50,511 nt of DNA from Octopus sinensis (GCF_006345805.1 NW_021834203.1:1-50511); one strand, 5' to 3'; counted from the first letter of the stretch, positions 34,032-47,732 are shown. Translations and numbers: made by a program. The notes: a model not told the origin generated them from the letters alone.

Positions 34032-35411
34032 TATATTTTTTAAATACTTTTAAGCCAGGTGTCCATTTATCCGCGTGTCTATTTATCCGACTATGACATT
34101 TTCAACCACTGACTGAACAGAATGAATGACTTTTTTTAATTAAATAAGCTATTAAATTTATATTGGTGTCATTTTTTGACAAAATCTCGGTTTTGGAACA
34201 CATTCAAATTAAAAAAAATTTCACATGATTTACATATTTTACCAAAAAATATTCAAAATTTTTAATTGACAAACTTTATTCAAAGATAATTATTCAGGGT
34301 TTCTCAAAAAAGATTTTAGTCCATAATTACAAAATTTAATTGTCAATAAATAATTTTATAAGTTTTAAACTGATATTTTTATATATTTCTATATTAAAAA
34401 ATGACTTAATCAAAAACTATGTTAAGAATTTGTTTTAAATAATGTACTCATTGCAATGTAAATTGAGTTTCTACAGTCCGTGGAGAGTCATGTTTGTAAT
34501 CTTGTCACTTGTCTGTGTTTCTAATGTTTCCATTTAACTACCTAGAAAGTTGAAAAATTGGCAATGCTTTTTACAAAAGAAAGTCTTATTTTTAAACGAT
34601 GAGACTACAATTAAACCTGTAAATTTGATTATATAATTTAATTAGAACATTTGATACAAAGATCACTTTGAACTTTGATGACGTTTATGCTCCAACCGAT
34701 TTTGTAAGAACTTAATAAATTAATTAAAAAAACAAATTTTAAATATGAATCTCCCAGAATTGAACAAGGATTATTAAAATATACGTAATTGGATAATCTA
34801 ATACGTTTTATAGAGTATAATAGTCAAATATCTAAACTTAAACCGAAAATGAACTCATAATTAAACTCGAAATAATTATTTCACCGAGTTTTAGAAAACG
34901 AGAGGCTGAAATATTTACATACCGTAGAACTCAGAAAAGACAGGTAAGATAAATTTTAAATAAAAATTTGATGAAAGGGAAAGTATGATTTGACAAGTTA
35001 AAAAAATGTAAGAATTTCATAACTAGTAACTTTAATAAAAATAATTTAATTATAGTCACAATCACGCTGACTTTAAGCAACAAACAAAGATTGTTTAACT
35101 TCAGAAAATAATGGCATAAATTTTGACTGAAAGTAATGATTAGTCAAAATTATGAACCGACTAAATATGTCGATATTCCATTTCTATTTAATTTTGTATT
35201 TAATTTATTTTTATTTTTAAAAACATTTGGAGTCAAAATGAAAAATTTAAAACCGCAAGAAACGTTTGTATAAACTTTAATTTTCTTTATAGATGTCAAG
35301 AAAACAAATTTTGGCCGAATGTTTAGGCGAGCTTTTATTAATTGTACTCCTTTTATGGAGACAAAGTTTACTGACTTTCTTTACTAAAATTATGCAAATT
35401 TTAAACGTACA

Positions 35412-37690
35412 TCTTAATAATAAAATGGTATGGTGTGTGTCTGTCTGTCTGTCTGTGTGTCTGTCTGTCTGTCTGTGCACACCCACATTCAAATTGTTAC
35501 AAACCAGATCAAATTGTCAAAACCTTCCCTTTTGTAGTTATTCGATAATGAGGCACAATAAAAGGTTGATATCCTCTAAGAACCTTCCTGTCAAAAAATT
35601 TTAATAAGAAAGAATATCCTCGATGATGAGGTCCCCCAAAACCTTCAAGTCAATTTTCTGCGTTTTTGTTAAAATGAACAACAAGAAAGTCCTCGACTCA
35701 CATGATGTGGTCCCCCAAAACCTTCAAGCCAAAAAATTAAAAAAAATTATTTTCTGCGTTTTTGTTAAAATGAACAACAAGAAAGTCCTCGACTCACATG
35801 ATGTGGTCCCCCAAAACCTTCAAGCCAAAAATTAAAAAAAATTATTTTCTGCGTTTTTGTTAAAATGAACAACAAGAAAGTCCTCGACTCACATGATGTG
35901 GTCCCCCAAAACCTTCAAGCCAAAAAATTAAAAAAAATATTTTCTGCGTTTTTGTTAAAATGAACAACAAGAAAGTCCTCGACTCACATGATGTGGTCCC
36001 CCAAAACCTTCAAGCCAAAAAATTAAAAAAAATATTTTCTGCGTTTTTGTTAAAATGAACAACAAGAAAGTCCTCGACTCACATGATGTGGTCCCCCAAA
36101 ACCTTCAAGCCAAAAAATTAAAAAAAATTATTTTCTGCGTTTTTGTTAAAATGAACAACAAGAAAGTCCTCGACTCACATGATGTGGTCCCCCAAAACTT
36201 CAAGCCAAAAAATTAAAAAAAATTATTTTCTGCGTTTTTGTTAAAATGACCAACAAGAAAGTCCTCGACTCACATGATGTGGTCCCCCAAAACCTTCAAG
36301 CCAAAAATTAAAAAAAATTATTTTCTGCGTTTTTGTTAAAATGAACAACAAGAAAGTCCTCGACTCACATGATGTGGTCCCCCAAAACCTTCAAGCCAAA
36401 AAATTAAAAAAATTATTTTCTGCGTTTTTGTTAAAATGAACAACAAGAAAGTCCTCGACTCACATGATGTGGTCCCCCAAAACCTTCAAGCCAAAAAATT
36501 AAAAAAATTATTTTCTGCGTTTTTGTTAAAATGAACAACAAGAAAGTCCTCGACTCACATGATGTGGTCCCCCAAAACCTTCAAGCCAAAAATTAAAAAA
36601 AATTATTTTCTGCGTTTTTGTTAAAATGAACAACAAGAAAGTCCTCGACTCACATGATGTGGTCCCCCAAAACCTTCAAGCTAAAAAATTAAAAAAATTA
36701 TTTTCTGCGTTTTTGTTAAAATGAACAACAAGAAAGTCCTCGACTCACATGATGTGGTCCCCCAAAACCTTCAAGTTCAAGGTAAAATTAAAAAATTATT
36801 TTTTCTGCGTTTTTGTTAAAATGAACAACAAGAAAGTCCTCGACTCACATGATGTGGTCCCCCAAAACCTTCAAGGTAAAAAATTAAAAAAATTATTTTC
36901 TGCGTTTTTGTTAAAATGAACAACAAGAAAGTCCTCGACTCACATGATGTGGTCCCCCAAAACCTTCAAGGTAAAAAATTAAAAAAATTATTTTCTGCGT
37001 TTTTGTTAAAATGAACAACAAGAAAGTCCTCGACTCACATGATGTGGTCCCCCAAAACTTTCAAGCCAAAAAATTAAAAAAATTATTTTCTGCGTTTTTG
37101 TTAAAATAAACACAAGAAAGTCCTCGACTCACATGATGTGGTCCCCCAAAACCTTCAAGCCAAAAAATTAAAAAAATTATTTTTTCTGCGTTTTTGTTAA
37201 AATGAACAACAAGAAAGTCCTCGACTCACATGATGTGGTCCCTCAAAACCTTCAAGCCAAAAAATTAAAAAAAATTATTTTCTGCGTTTTTGTTAAAATG
37301 AACAACAAGAAAGTCCTCGACTCACATGATGTGGTCCCTCAAAACCTTCAAGCCAAAAAATTAAAAAAATTATTTTCTGCGTTTTTGTTAAATGAACAAC
37401 AAGAAAGTCCTCGACTCACATGATGTGGTCCCCCAAAACCTTCAAGCCCAAAATTAAAAAAAATATTTTCTGCGTTTTTGTTAAAATGAACGACAAGAAA
37501 GTCCTCGACTCACATGATGAGGTCCTCCACAACCTTCAAGCCTCGTGAGGCCATTAATTAGCTTAGCTATCTTTTTTCGATGACATAAATTCTTTTTTGT
37601 TAAATTTTTCGTTAAAAAAATAAAATAAAAGCTCTAATTGTTATCGACCATGAATAGACTGTGCAATTATCAGATTTTGAAAACCACTAA
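35412..37690 (+). mobile_element. Second Helitron-like element: same TC-start/(GTCT)n header, satellite array and shared downstream block
   Basis: a|TCTTAATAATAAAATGGTATGGTGTGTGTCTGTC header homologous to 16479; downstream gaataga(c/g)tgtgcaatta..gattttgaaaa shared with ~17566. Confidence 0.7.
35620..37540 (+). repeat. 95-96-bp satellite array B (~20 units, highly homogeneous)
   Basis: Unit atgaacaacaagaaagtcctcgactcacatgatgtggtcccccaaaaccttcaagccaaaaaattaaaaaaattattttctgcgtttttgttaaa; unit starts at 35674, 35770, 35865 and onward. Confidence 0.97.
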
Positions 37691-38262
37691 AAGGAAAAAG
37701 CAAAAATTATTAGAGATTTACATAATTGATTCTTTTTACTGCCGAAACTGACAAATTCGATTATGCTACTGTTTAGATTTCTTAAAAGATAGAGGCAAAT
37801 AAAATTTAAATTAGTCATGTAAATTTCAATTTGCCTATATTTAAATCTCCTTGATTTAACAGGCTTTAATTTTTTTTTCCTTATAATACTACAAAGATGA
37901 AGCTGATTATCATTTTCTTTACCGAAACAGACAAGTTCGATTATGCTAAAGTTTCAATTCCTTTAAACATAGAGGCAATTAAGTATAATGGCTTTGATTG
38001 GATAATACACTTTACATAAATTTCACTAAATAAATTTACGTAGAAAATTTAATATAAATTACTGATTCGCGTTTACAAAATCATAAGAATGTCCTATAAG
38101 AGAGATCTGAGAATGTTAACAAACAAGAGAATATGAACCATATAACAAAAAAAGAGAAACGAGGGAAGATGTGCTTAAATGGTGAGGGAACTTAGACAAC
38201 AGCTGAACAAGGTCAGGACTGCTGTTAGACTCAACTACGGGTAATAGAATTATGCATTCTAG

Positions 38263-38463
38263 GTTATTGTTTGGGATGAATGTACGATGGCTCATAAAGG
38301 CGCATTCAAGCAGTTGACCGAACATATAGAGATATCAAGAATTGTAGCGACCATTTGTTTGGGGGAGCATTAGTTGTATTGGCAGGTGATTTTAGACAGA
38401 CGCTGCCAATTATTCAAAGAGGGACGCCTGCGGATGAATTGAATGCCTGCCTCAAATCGTCAT
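38263..38463 (+). pseudogene. Helitron PIF1-family helicase internal remnant
   Basis: VIVWDECTMAHKGAF/AVDRTYRDI..LFGGALVVLAGDFRQTLPIIQRGTPADELNACLKSS, with one frameshift. Confidence 0.92.
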
Positions 38464-38519
38464 ATCGAATTCAAGATCGGAATTCACAAAGCTTTTGCTA
38501 GATCTCCAATATCTTTTAT

Positions 38520-38760
38520 TCCTCATTTTGAATTACTATACAAACAATATATACTGCCTATAATTGAACACGCATGTGGGTCGTGGATCATGCCATTGTC
38601 AATATCCGCACAAAACAAACTGGAAGTCGTACAAAACTAGTGCTTACGGATTTTACTGAAACGTGATAAAATGACGCCGACTTCGGATTTGAGAAATACA
38701 CTCAACGTCAAAAAATTAGTGGACCATCTACCCGAGGTCCCCTTGAAGAGGAGTATCTTG
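38520..38760 (+). mobile_element. LINE post-RT C-terminal remnant
   Basis: LYKQYILPIIEHACGSW..KLEVVQN*CLRIL..TPTSDLRNTLNV. Confidence 0.65.
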
Positions 38761-39059
38761 ATGAGAAGTGTGCTAGGAAATTTGAAAAAATCTCATCCCC
38801 CTTTTGTACGTTGATTAAGAATTCGAGACAAGAAAGAGATAAAAGGAGACGAACTGACACCGGGATCACTTAATTAGACGATTACTATTCCTCTTTCCTG
38901 TGTTTTCGAGGTTAAATAATAATGTCGTGGGACAAGACATAGCCAAGTAAGTGCTTTCTGTAACAATCTACAATCATTACAAACGACTTTATAATCAGGC
39001 TCGGGTAGAACAGTCCGCGGAAAATAGCAAAGTGTTTGTGGACGACAACCACAAGCAGA

Positions 39060-39420
39060 GGACATTTCAAATCAACTTGGACATCGACAGTCCGCCAGAT
39101 ATTTCACTGTCAAAAATGAGATTATCAGACAAGTCATTAGACATTGTGAAGTTTGCAAATTTTCGCGTTTTTTAAAAGTTTAAGATTATTTTAACTTTAG
39201 ATAGGAAATATAAATCAAAATGTGTTTGCTTCTTGTCCAAATAAACGTGAAAATTCAAGTTATTACAATGCTGCGAACAGGAGAATGAATGTTCATAATA
39301 GTAAGTATACTTTTAGCGTAGGAGATAAAGTATTAATTAGAAAGATTAATAAATAGGTGGCGACTGGATAAGTTTGAGTCTCCGTATTATTCTGCTGCAG
39401 AAATAATTAATATTTTATCA
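39060..39420 (+). mobile_element. Gypsy/Ginger-type integrase remnant: zinc-binding end joined to the C-terminal tail, core missing (tail also at 1-70)
   Basis: QLGHRQSARYF..IRQVIRHCEVC, then YTFSVGDKVLIRK..DKFESPY. Confidence 0.55.
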
Positions 39421-39649
39421 AATAATCGCGTCGAGGGGGTACTTTAAATACACTCAACCCTCTCAAATTGACCAACAAAATTGAAGCAACCAAAAATGGC
39501 CAATTAGAGAATAAAGTCGATAATTTTAAAAAAAACTACTTTAATGTGTCTTCAGTTAGCATATTTTTTTAAATTAAAGAAAATTAAAACATTTTTCATC
39601 AACAAATTTTGGATCAAGTTTTTTTTAATGATTGCATCATTATAACAGT

Positions 39650-40520
39650 CACCGCCGGCTTCGAACAAATCGAACTATTCCTTTAACTCAGTCAATTGTT
39701 TTGACTTCACTGTTTCATCCTTCTATACTTTCTCCTTTCTTCATTTCCACTGTTTGCAAACGGTCTAGGCACGTGATGCCCACCTCCACGATAACTCTCC
39801 TCGGTGACCTTACCGTGGACCAAAATATCGGGTTTGTTGTGCTGGACAACAATCGAGGTGGATATGGGGGTATCCACCTTATTTCTCCCCCTCGAGTTCT
39901 CACACAGATTGAACTCGATGAGTTCGCAACTTTCTGGACCGCCTTAAGCCATACTTATGCAGAACAGAAGATGGAGAAACCTCACAAACTTGTTATGTCT
40001 TCATTTGTAATCATGGTAAAGCATACTTTCGCACTTCGTGGCTAAATGGTCAACGGTCATCGCCTTATTTTTACACGACTTTGACTGGGTCACCACACAT
40101 AGAAGTGTTAGTCCCGACTTGTTGTAGATGAGCTCCAGACCCACGGCCTTCATAAAACCTTCCAAGGCTTTGCCCATAGAGTGGAGGATCTCTGAAGACC
40201 GAGCGAACAGTTTAATGTCGTCTATCAACATGAGATTGTTGATGCTAAAACATCGATGTTCGATCGATATTTGTTCGAATTGGGCAGTGAGGACTCTACT
40301 CAGCGGTTCTAGGCAGAGGACAAACAGCAGCAGAGGCATACTGTCGCTCTGTAATATGCCCCTCTCTAGCTTAACCTCGCCTATATCGCATTTGTTGTAG
40401 TGTAGATGCACGTTCCACCTGTCCATCACAGTTGCAACAAATTTGATAAATCAAGAAGGCAACTTGAGCCTTCGCAGACACTCAGCGAGGTAGGCATGGT
40501 CAACCGAGTCATATGATAAT
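39650..40520 (-). mobile_element. Duplicate of the R4-like RT/knuckle/RLE remnant
   Basis: Same translation as 300-1175. Confidence 0.85.
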
Positions 40521-42601
40521 AAATATGTCCAACTATTCATTTAATCATTTAAACGAATTAAAGTTGATTTTATCAGAGATTTTTAATCAATGTTTTCCAG
40601 ACAATGTTATCAAAACTGGAATTAATCCATTCCTTAAATCTTGAAATCTGAGAGAACAAATTCCAAAAAATTAGATAAGTTTAAATACTGTTGAATTGAT
40701 TGATCTGATGGATACTAATCGGAACTTTATTAAAACAGGTGAGACTTTGAAATTAATTCATCTAAAATTTACTTGTTGTGTACTTTTTAACAATCTTTCG
40801 CTAAGATGAGACATTTTTGGTCAAATTTTAAATAATTTTAGATTTTGTAGTTTTAGTTAGGACGACATATTCAAAAGAAATTAACTAACATAGTAATGAA
40901 GATAATTTAAGGAAAGTGTTTTAAAATAATGAAGATTAGGAGCAATACATGTTAAAAGAGTGGTGATAACCCCACTAAACTTATCCCATTGACAGATATT
41001 GTGTAAGCTAAAATATTATTTATGAAAATATACCATGGGAAGATGCTCCTGTTAATTCGGCTTCTTTAATCGCATCGTAAGCTATTCCAACGGCCTCACT
41101 TTGCGTGGTGTATATTCCAGATAACTGGCAATAATTATAAAAAATACTGTGTGGTTATCCAATTAAATGCAATGTCTCCTCCAGGCCCGATTGTCAAAAA
41201 ATAATTTGTATTTTCTACTATGATAAAAGATCTTTTTCAAACGTATAAATTCCTCCTTGTACACAAATACAAAAATTATGATCCAAAAATATTACAAATA
41301 TTTAAATATGCCGATAATTGGTCTGGAAGTATGAATGCCGGCAGGAATCCTTCGATGAAGGTTATCAAAATCACTGGGTTCACATTATAAGACAGTCTAA
41401 AAACAAATAAATTTGAAAAATACGTATAAAAACGACGAATCTGCGCTGTCATTGCACGAAATACGGCCATATTTCCAGAAAAACCAATAATTGCATTATT
41501 AGTTATATGGGAGATTTTGATCAAATTGTCATCATCTGATTTGTCAATACAACAATTCATTACAATGTTCGTCGGGAGTATTTGGAAGATAGGTAACTCT
41601 GGTATCTGAACCAAGAACAACCCCTCCCACATAAGGTATGACTACGACTGTTGTGAAACTTGTTGGATTCTAAAACAGAATTATAAAATTTCAAGCCACC
41701 ATTCGAAACATTGTTATTAACTTAGCACGCTAAAATATTCATAAATATCACATTAATCACGGTTTAGTGTTATGACTACTTCAAAGACGCCACAGTCTGA
41801 AATTTCAGTTTTGAGATACAAAATCAAAGAAAAATTGGAGATAATTCTCCTTCAAAAAACAAGGGATTTTCTTCTTGCCTCGAATATATTTTATCAAATG
41901 GATTGTAATATAAACAATACAGATTACTTTTATTAATTACATTGCTAGGTTATACTGATGAAGAATTAATTAAAATTTATAAAAAGTTGCTGTCTCCGCA
42001 ATCCAAATTCACTTTTTCAACTCCGGAAATTCAACATATGTTTTCAGCTGGCCACAAAGAGTATTTACAGGCAAATAACCTCTTCAACAAGAAAGTCACA
42101 TTCGGTGATGGACACCCCAGAAGATGCTGTTTTTGTGGTCGACATGTCCAAAAAGCTTCGGCGAGTACTTTTATGCTTGGAAGGAATCACTATGGGCATA
42201 TTCGTTGCATACCATTTTAAATTCTTTCCAGAATCCGAACAAGCAAAAGTCGAAAACTTTTATTAATTGTTTAAGTTTATGTATTATCACAAACAGTAGG
42301 GGCGAGAGAGTACCTACATTTGTCTCAGGGCCAACAGTGAGGTCTGTTTTTGTCGGTCACACTTTTATCATGTCACCCTCGTTAAAAAGGCAGGACCTTC
42401 ATGGGTAGGTCTCGAAAAACGAAGGCTCTCGATGTCGATATAATGACTGGTCATCACTCGGAAATATACCGCAGTTAAAACAAGTCAGTTCAAACAAAGA
42501 AAAATCTCCAATTAATAAAGTTAATCTTAGTTCAATGTTAATGTTGGCCATAGGTGTAACATATTACTCATTATTAGTATTAATCAAAATATATTAGATT
42601 G

Positions 42602-45600
42602 TTAATTGTCATGTTTCAACTATTTTGAACACAAATATTTGACTTACTTTATTTCTATCGTCATCAACCATCATCTCCACGTCGATTGCCTTCAAATATG
42701 CAGAATAACTCCACTCCAGTTTATTTCCTTGAAATACTGCAGTCTTTGACTTGGGTGCCTTTTGTTTAATTGGTTCGGGCTTAGTAATAACACTTAATTC
42801 AAACATTTGATTCAACTTTTGGTTTTTTATGAGACGTGTTTTTCCTAAACTCGACGAATTCAGTCCAACATGCCAACAACCAACGAAATGAAGAAAACTA
42901 TAAACTTAGACTGTCATAAACAAACATGGGCTTCCCGAAACAAGTACGGATTCAAATCATTCGAAGAATCCAAAATCTTGTCAATGGTTGACTTGTTGGC
43001 CACAATTTGGATGGGAGGCGGAATTTGTGAGTTTAGAAAGCAATTTATGATCGAACTGACTTTATGCCGTTTGAGCGAATCCTCACATTTTGATAAAAAT
43101 AATTGCTAAAATGAAAAAACCACACAAACTTTATATTTTTGTATTTCTTCCCAAAAAAGCAAATTCGTTTCACAATTCGGTCCTTTGCTTTGAAGAAAGG
43201 ATCGGAATTTTTTGTGAGTCTCAGAATCCTTCATCGCCGATCGAAAGTCGAGAATCTCCATCGCGCTTGGCTCACGTTTATTTTTAAACTCCTTTGAACG
43301 GTAAAACGGTCCTCGACCTCGGATTTGTTTTTTTCGTTGACCTGTGGTGGAACCAACCCATCAATTTCTTCTTTTTTCATTTTCTCTTCTGCCTTCTCCA
43401 CAATAACTGGGGAAGGAGTGTCTCCAGTTTTGCTGAGAAGAAAGGCGGGAATCCATTTTGAGTTCAGACGATTGGCTACGTGGGTCTGCATTATATTTAC
43501 AATCTTTGGTGGAGGAATATCATTCAGGAGTTTCCCCCACCCACCACAAAGAGCCATTGCCTATAAATATATATTTTTGGAATACTTTGTTCTGCTCTCG
43601 CTCACTGGCGGGAGAATTCTCACCAAAAAAGTATCGATTATTCAAATACCGCCCTTTGATCTCGATTAATTTGACATCACAGGCTAACTGTAGAGAAATA
43701 CAGAGAAACGAGGACCTTTTCAGTGTGGGGAATCCTTTTAAAGATCTCCACGTCCTGCCAGCACTCAAAGTCCACCAAGGCGCCATTTTCCTTTAAAAAT
43801 TCTTTAAAGTTTTCGATTTCCACCCTTCAATGAGCCAGAGAGGGTACCCTTGTGAGAAGAGTGTGGAGATTGTGACCTTTGGAGTCCTTTGGGGAGACTT
43901 TAGAGCCTCCTCGTCAAAAATAGGCTCCACATAGTCTTCCATGGGTTCAAAAGGAAAGAGCGGATCCTTCAAATAAAAAAGATTTAAAACTTTTTTTGCA
44001 CATCCGCGGGCTACAAATAAATTGACAGCTTTAGATTTGGTCTCCAAGCTGAGAGTCACTGTTTTTGTCGGGACCTACAAAAGTAATTTTAATGTTCTTA
44101 AAAAACAACAAAAACGTTAAAAAATAACTTTTTTGAGACTTTCGACGTCTTTTTCGGTGAAAGAATTGAAAGGTTTGATCAATCTGTGGACTAAAATGTC
44201 CTCGATTTGCTTGAAGAGATCCTTCGAAGGACACTCCAATCTCAAAAAAATATCTTGAACTAATTTTTGATCCAATTCCAAACAATTTTGAGCCTCCGAA
44301 TGCACATAAGTCGAATATATATACTAAATAAACCACATAATTAATACATGAGCATATTTGTATGTCAATGAAACATCAAATGGACTTTGATCAAACAAAG
44401 ATTTGTAATCCTGGATCAGATTCCAAGTTTTATAACAGTTTTTTAAGTATATATTTCCTGTATTGAGAATGTGGTCGTATATGACATAGCCTGATGTCCT
44501 TTCTGTGGTTAGACAGTGGCAAAGAAGGGCATGACTGTCCTCTGTGTTAGGTCTTGTCTTTGTAGATGGGGATATAATATAAATACTTGGAGTTGTTTTG
44601 ATTCTTGGCTGAAATATACTTGGAAAGGTTTGATAAGTTCATTTTCTATTTCGATAATATTTTTATGAACATTTTCGATATAATTTTCTTTAATTTTATT
44701 GAGTTTATTTCTGAAAAATTAATTGTAATAAAATTATTTTAAAAATAACCTTTGTTGTGTTGTTTGTATAAAACTCGGAATTCTAAAACAAATATAAATA
44801 ATAATAAACCCCTCAATGAGATATTCATTTTGAAGGAAGGCAGGCATCCTAGAAGTACTCTCACATTAAAATCACCAATAAATCAAAAGAGGCTCAATAA
44901 CTTTATTCTGTAGTCTTAGAGTGGTCTCTTTGCTCCAATCGACAGGATTTGCAACCTCTTCGTAGTGAAGCGGATTTAGAGATTTGCAGGATGTAGGTCG
45001 AGTAAATAGATCTCTGATTGACTTTGGAAACCTGCAGTATTAGAGTATTAGCCGACTGTATTTGTTCTTGGATAAGTTTAATTTTGTCTATTTCTAACCA
45101 AAATTCCATCAATTTATCAACATTGTAAAATTCTAGAAACTTCTCGAACATTCTAAGCGTTTCGAATGACGAAATTGTGTTTATTGGTCTGTTTAAGATT
45201 TATAACAAAAACTTGTCTTTTTTATGTATTTTGTCTTTTTTATAGAAAATGTCGTCAATGTCTTCAAATGGGTCTTCATATTTTGTTTTTTTAACCACTT
45301 TTGTTTGCAGAGGAGACCTGGAAAGTGATCTCTTCTTTTCAGATTCTTGTTCTATTTCATTTTTTTCGATTTTTTCTTCTTTAAAATAATTTTCCGAATC
45401 ATTTTCAACAACTTTTGAAATCTCTTCAAAAGATGACATATTTCCCGCCATTTTATCATCAGTGAGAGGATCAAAACTAATAAAATCAATATTATATAGT
45501 TCTGTTGAGTCTTGATTTATTAAACTGTTATTTCTGGACAGTTCTCTGTTCTACAGCCAAATAAAAATTGGGGACCACCGAGGCGAGTGTTTCTCTTCTA

Positions 45601-46176
45601 GAAGTATTTAAATCTTCAGTCAAGAAGTTGAGAGATCAAAAGTGACTTGACTAAGATCAGTATTTTTGTCAATCTATGATTACGTAATATAAAATACTTG
45701 AGAAAGTAATTTCCCGATTCTATACTTCATGTAGTATTCACTTTGTAGAAAATAAGGCAGTCGATTGGCCTTTACCCACGTGAGTCCTTGGGACCCCACG
45801 AGGATCTAATTTGGAATGAGTGAGATGTACTTCTAAGTTATATTTGACATTGATTTCTTCATGTGGGGTCACTCGGGAGAGAACTTGTGAGCGAATTTTG
45901 TTGATTAGTTCATCTTTTTGATGACTGTGGACTTGAAATGTGAAATTATTTGAGTTGAATTTGAGAGTTTTTGAAAAGATCTTAAAATGGGGTGAAAATT
46001 CTCACTTCGGAAGACAAAAAACGATTAAAACAGTCGAGAAATAATTCGTCTGTCGATAAAAGTTTTTCCTTAAAAATAAAAAAGATTTTTTAATACAAAA
46101 TTAAATTCGTTACATTCTGGTGGGTCTAAATTATTTATTTCATAATAAAATGACTTATTTTCAAAAGAATTGACAT
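42602..46176 (-). pseudogene. RGS22: RGS22 copy 2, with a 1-nt deletion in an early coding exon (real frameshift or consensus error)
   Basis: caaggaagtt (6271-6280) versus caagaagtt (45621-45629) inside exon IDKNTDLSQVTFDLSTSLTEDLN. Confidence 0.65.
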
Positions 46177-46206
46177 GGTTTCTTAGCAATAATTATTTTA
46201 AAAACT

Positions 46207-46923
46207 TTATTTTATAAAATATAAATAATCATTGAGAGAAATACGATTAAAAGTACAATCAAACTGCTCACCAAATGCCCAAATAAAATCCTCAAAAACA
46301 TCATTCACAGACACTCTCCGCCCACATTCCAGACTGAGAGAAGTAGACTTAATTCCTTCGAGTCCACACGGAACAATTTGATCGAAGTATGCCATATCTG
46401 TGTCACAGTTCACTCCAATTCCATGCATTGTCACAAATCTACTACATTTAACACCTGTCAAGTGTGTAATAAAACAAAGACCTATTGAGGCCAATTTTCG
46501 GCCCTCTACCCAACAGCCGATATTCTCAGTAGTGTAGGCTGAGAGACCAAATTTGGCACACAACGAAATGGAGGTCAATTCCAGCCTCCTGATATACCAT
46601 TTTAAACTCTTTTTCCCCAAATGTAGAATTGGGTAGGCTGTGAGTTGGCCTGGCCCGTGGAAGGTTATCAGCCCGCCTCTATCGACCTTATAAAAGGCGG
46701 CAATTTTTTGTAAATTGGGGGGCTCGTTGATGTACTGAGAGGAGCGTAGACCGACAGTGTAGGTAGGCTCGTGTTCTACTAGTAAGAGACAGTCTAGTCC
46801 CAGACAGTCCCCCTTTTTAGTTAATTGGTTGATTAAAGCAGAGTGGATTCTTTGTTGTAACCTCCAAACTGTTAGATAATTGGAGTAACCGAGATTTATA
46901 ATATTTATTACACGAGAACTCAT
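46207..46923 (-). CDS. LIPT2: LIPT2/LipB copy 2 (4 amino-acid differences from copy 1)
   Basis: ORF intact; T>P, S>A, K>R and L>S relative to copy 1. Confidence 0.93.
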   Translation of the reverse strand: MSSRVINIINLGYSNYLTVWRLQQRIHSALINQLTKKGDCLGLDCLLLVEHEPTYTVGLRSSQYINEPPNLQKIAAFYKVDRGGLITFHGPGQLTAYPILHLGKKSLKWYIRRLELTSISLCAKFGLSAYTTENIGCWVEGRKLASIGLCFITHLTGVKCSRFVTMHGIGVNCDTDMAYFDQIVPCGLEGIKSTSLSLECGRRVSVNDVFEDFIWAFGEQFDCTFNRISLNDYLYFIK

Positions 46924-47014
46924 AGAAAAACATTTTATTTTAAATTCTCAAAAATATATTAAAAATAAAAACTGAACATGCATTCTCTCACGAATTTACT
47001 ATGAAATAATAATA

Positions 47015-47545
47015 AAGGCCCAAACATTCTTTATAGGGATAAAATCTGGGCTTTGTGCAGGCCATTTTAGCAAATTGATATTATTTACTTGAAAAAAACA
47101 CTTTGCTATTGCCGAAGTATGTTTCGGATCATTGTCTTGTTGGTAACTAAAATCTTTCATCACTTAAAATAATTCGCTTGCAAAATATTTTGAAAAATTA
47201 TTCCATTTTGGCATAGCGTCAATCATTGAAGTTTACGGTTTTTGGTAAGAAGTGGTCTTTTCGTGGGCGGATAAGCATTCAAACAAATTTTTTCGTGGTA
47301 TTTCTTATTGTCTGAGAAGTTACTGATTTCCCTGCTTTTCTAGCAGATTTAAAACAGTTGGAATTGACATCCACTTTTCAAGCCTCATTAATTTAAAATA
47401 TTTCTTGACGATTAAGCATTGATGGTCGACCAGACCCGACTTTTTTGTTTGTTGAGCACTTATTTAAATAGCTTCTGATAATTTGCGATACGAGCAATTT
47501 TTTAATGATATCTTGTATTTTTTTCCAGATTTATACATGCCAATT
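47015..47545 (-). mobile_element. Tc1-like remnant copy 2 (lacks 61 bp equivalent to 8195-8255)
   Basis: Direct comparison of the two copies. Confidence 0.8.
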
Positions 47546-47732
47546 TTTGAACGAATTTATAAAAAAAATAAAACTTTTTCTTTCGTGCATTTAAATAAAT
47601 TAAATCTGTTCAGTTTTTTTTTGTTTTTAAATTGTGATTTCATGAAAAACCGCATAAATATATGTTTCTTAAAAAAACTAAAAAATTTAAAATACTTTAA
47701 TCTAATATTAAGAAAAATAAAACAAAAAAAAT

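Noticed and set aside
35623-37423. Repeat protein from the 96-bp unit (MNNKKVLDSHDVVPQNLQAKKLKKIIFCVFVK)n
   Set aside because: A-run length varies (95/96 nt) and breaks the frame every 1-2 units, so there is no sign of frame maintenance
35620-37540. CRISPR array (also considered for 16647-17346)
   Set aside because: Whole ~95-bp units repeat with no unique spacers, there are no cas genes, and the context is eukaryotic
37540-37566. gcctcgtgaggc hairpin plus (C)TTAG as the 3' end of the second Helitron-like element
   Set aside because: Homology with the first element continues further downstream (~37630-37690) and the CTRR end is not canonical
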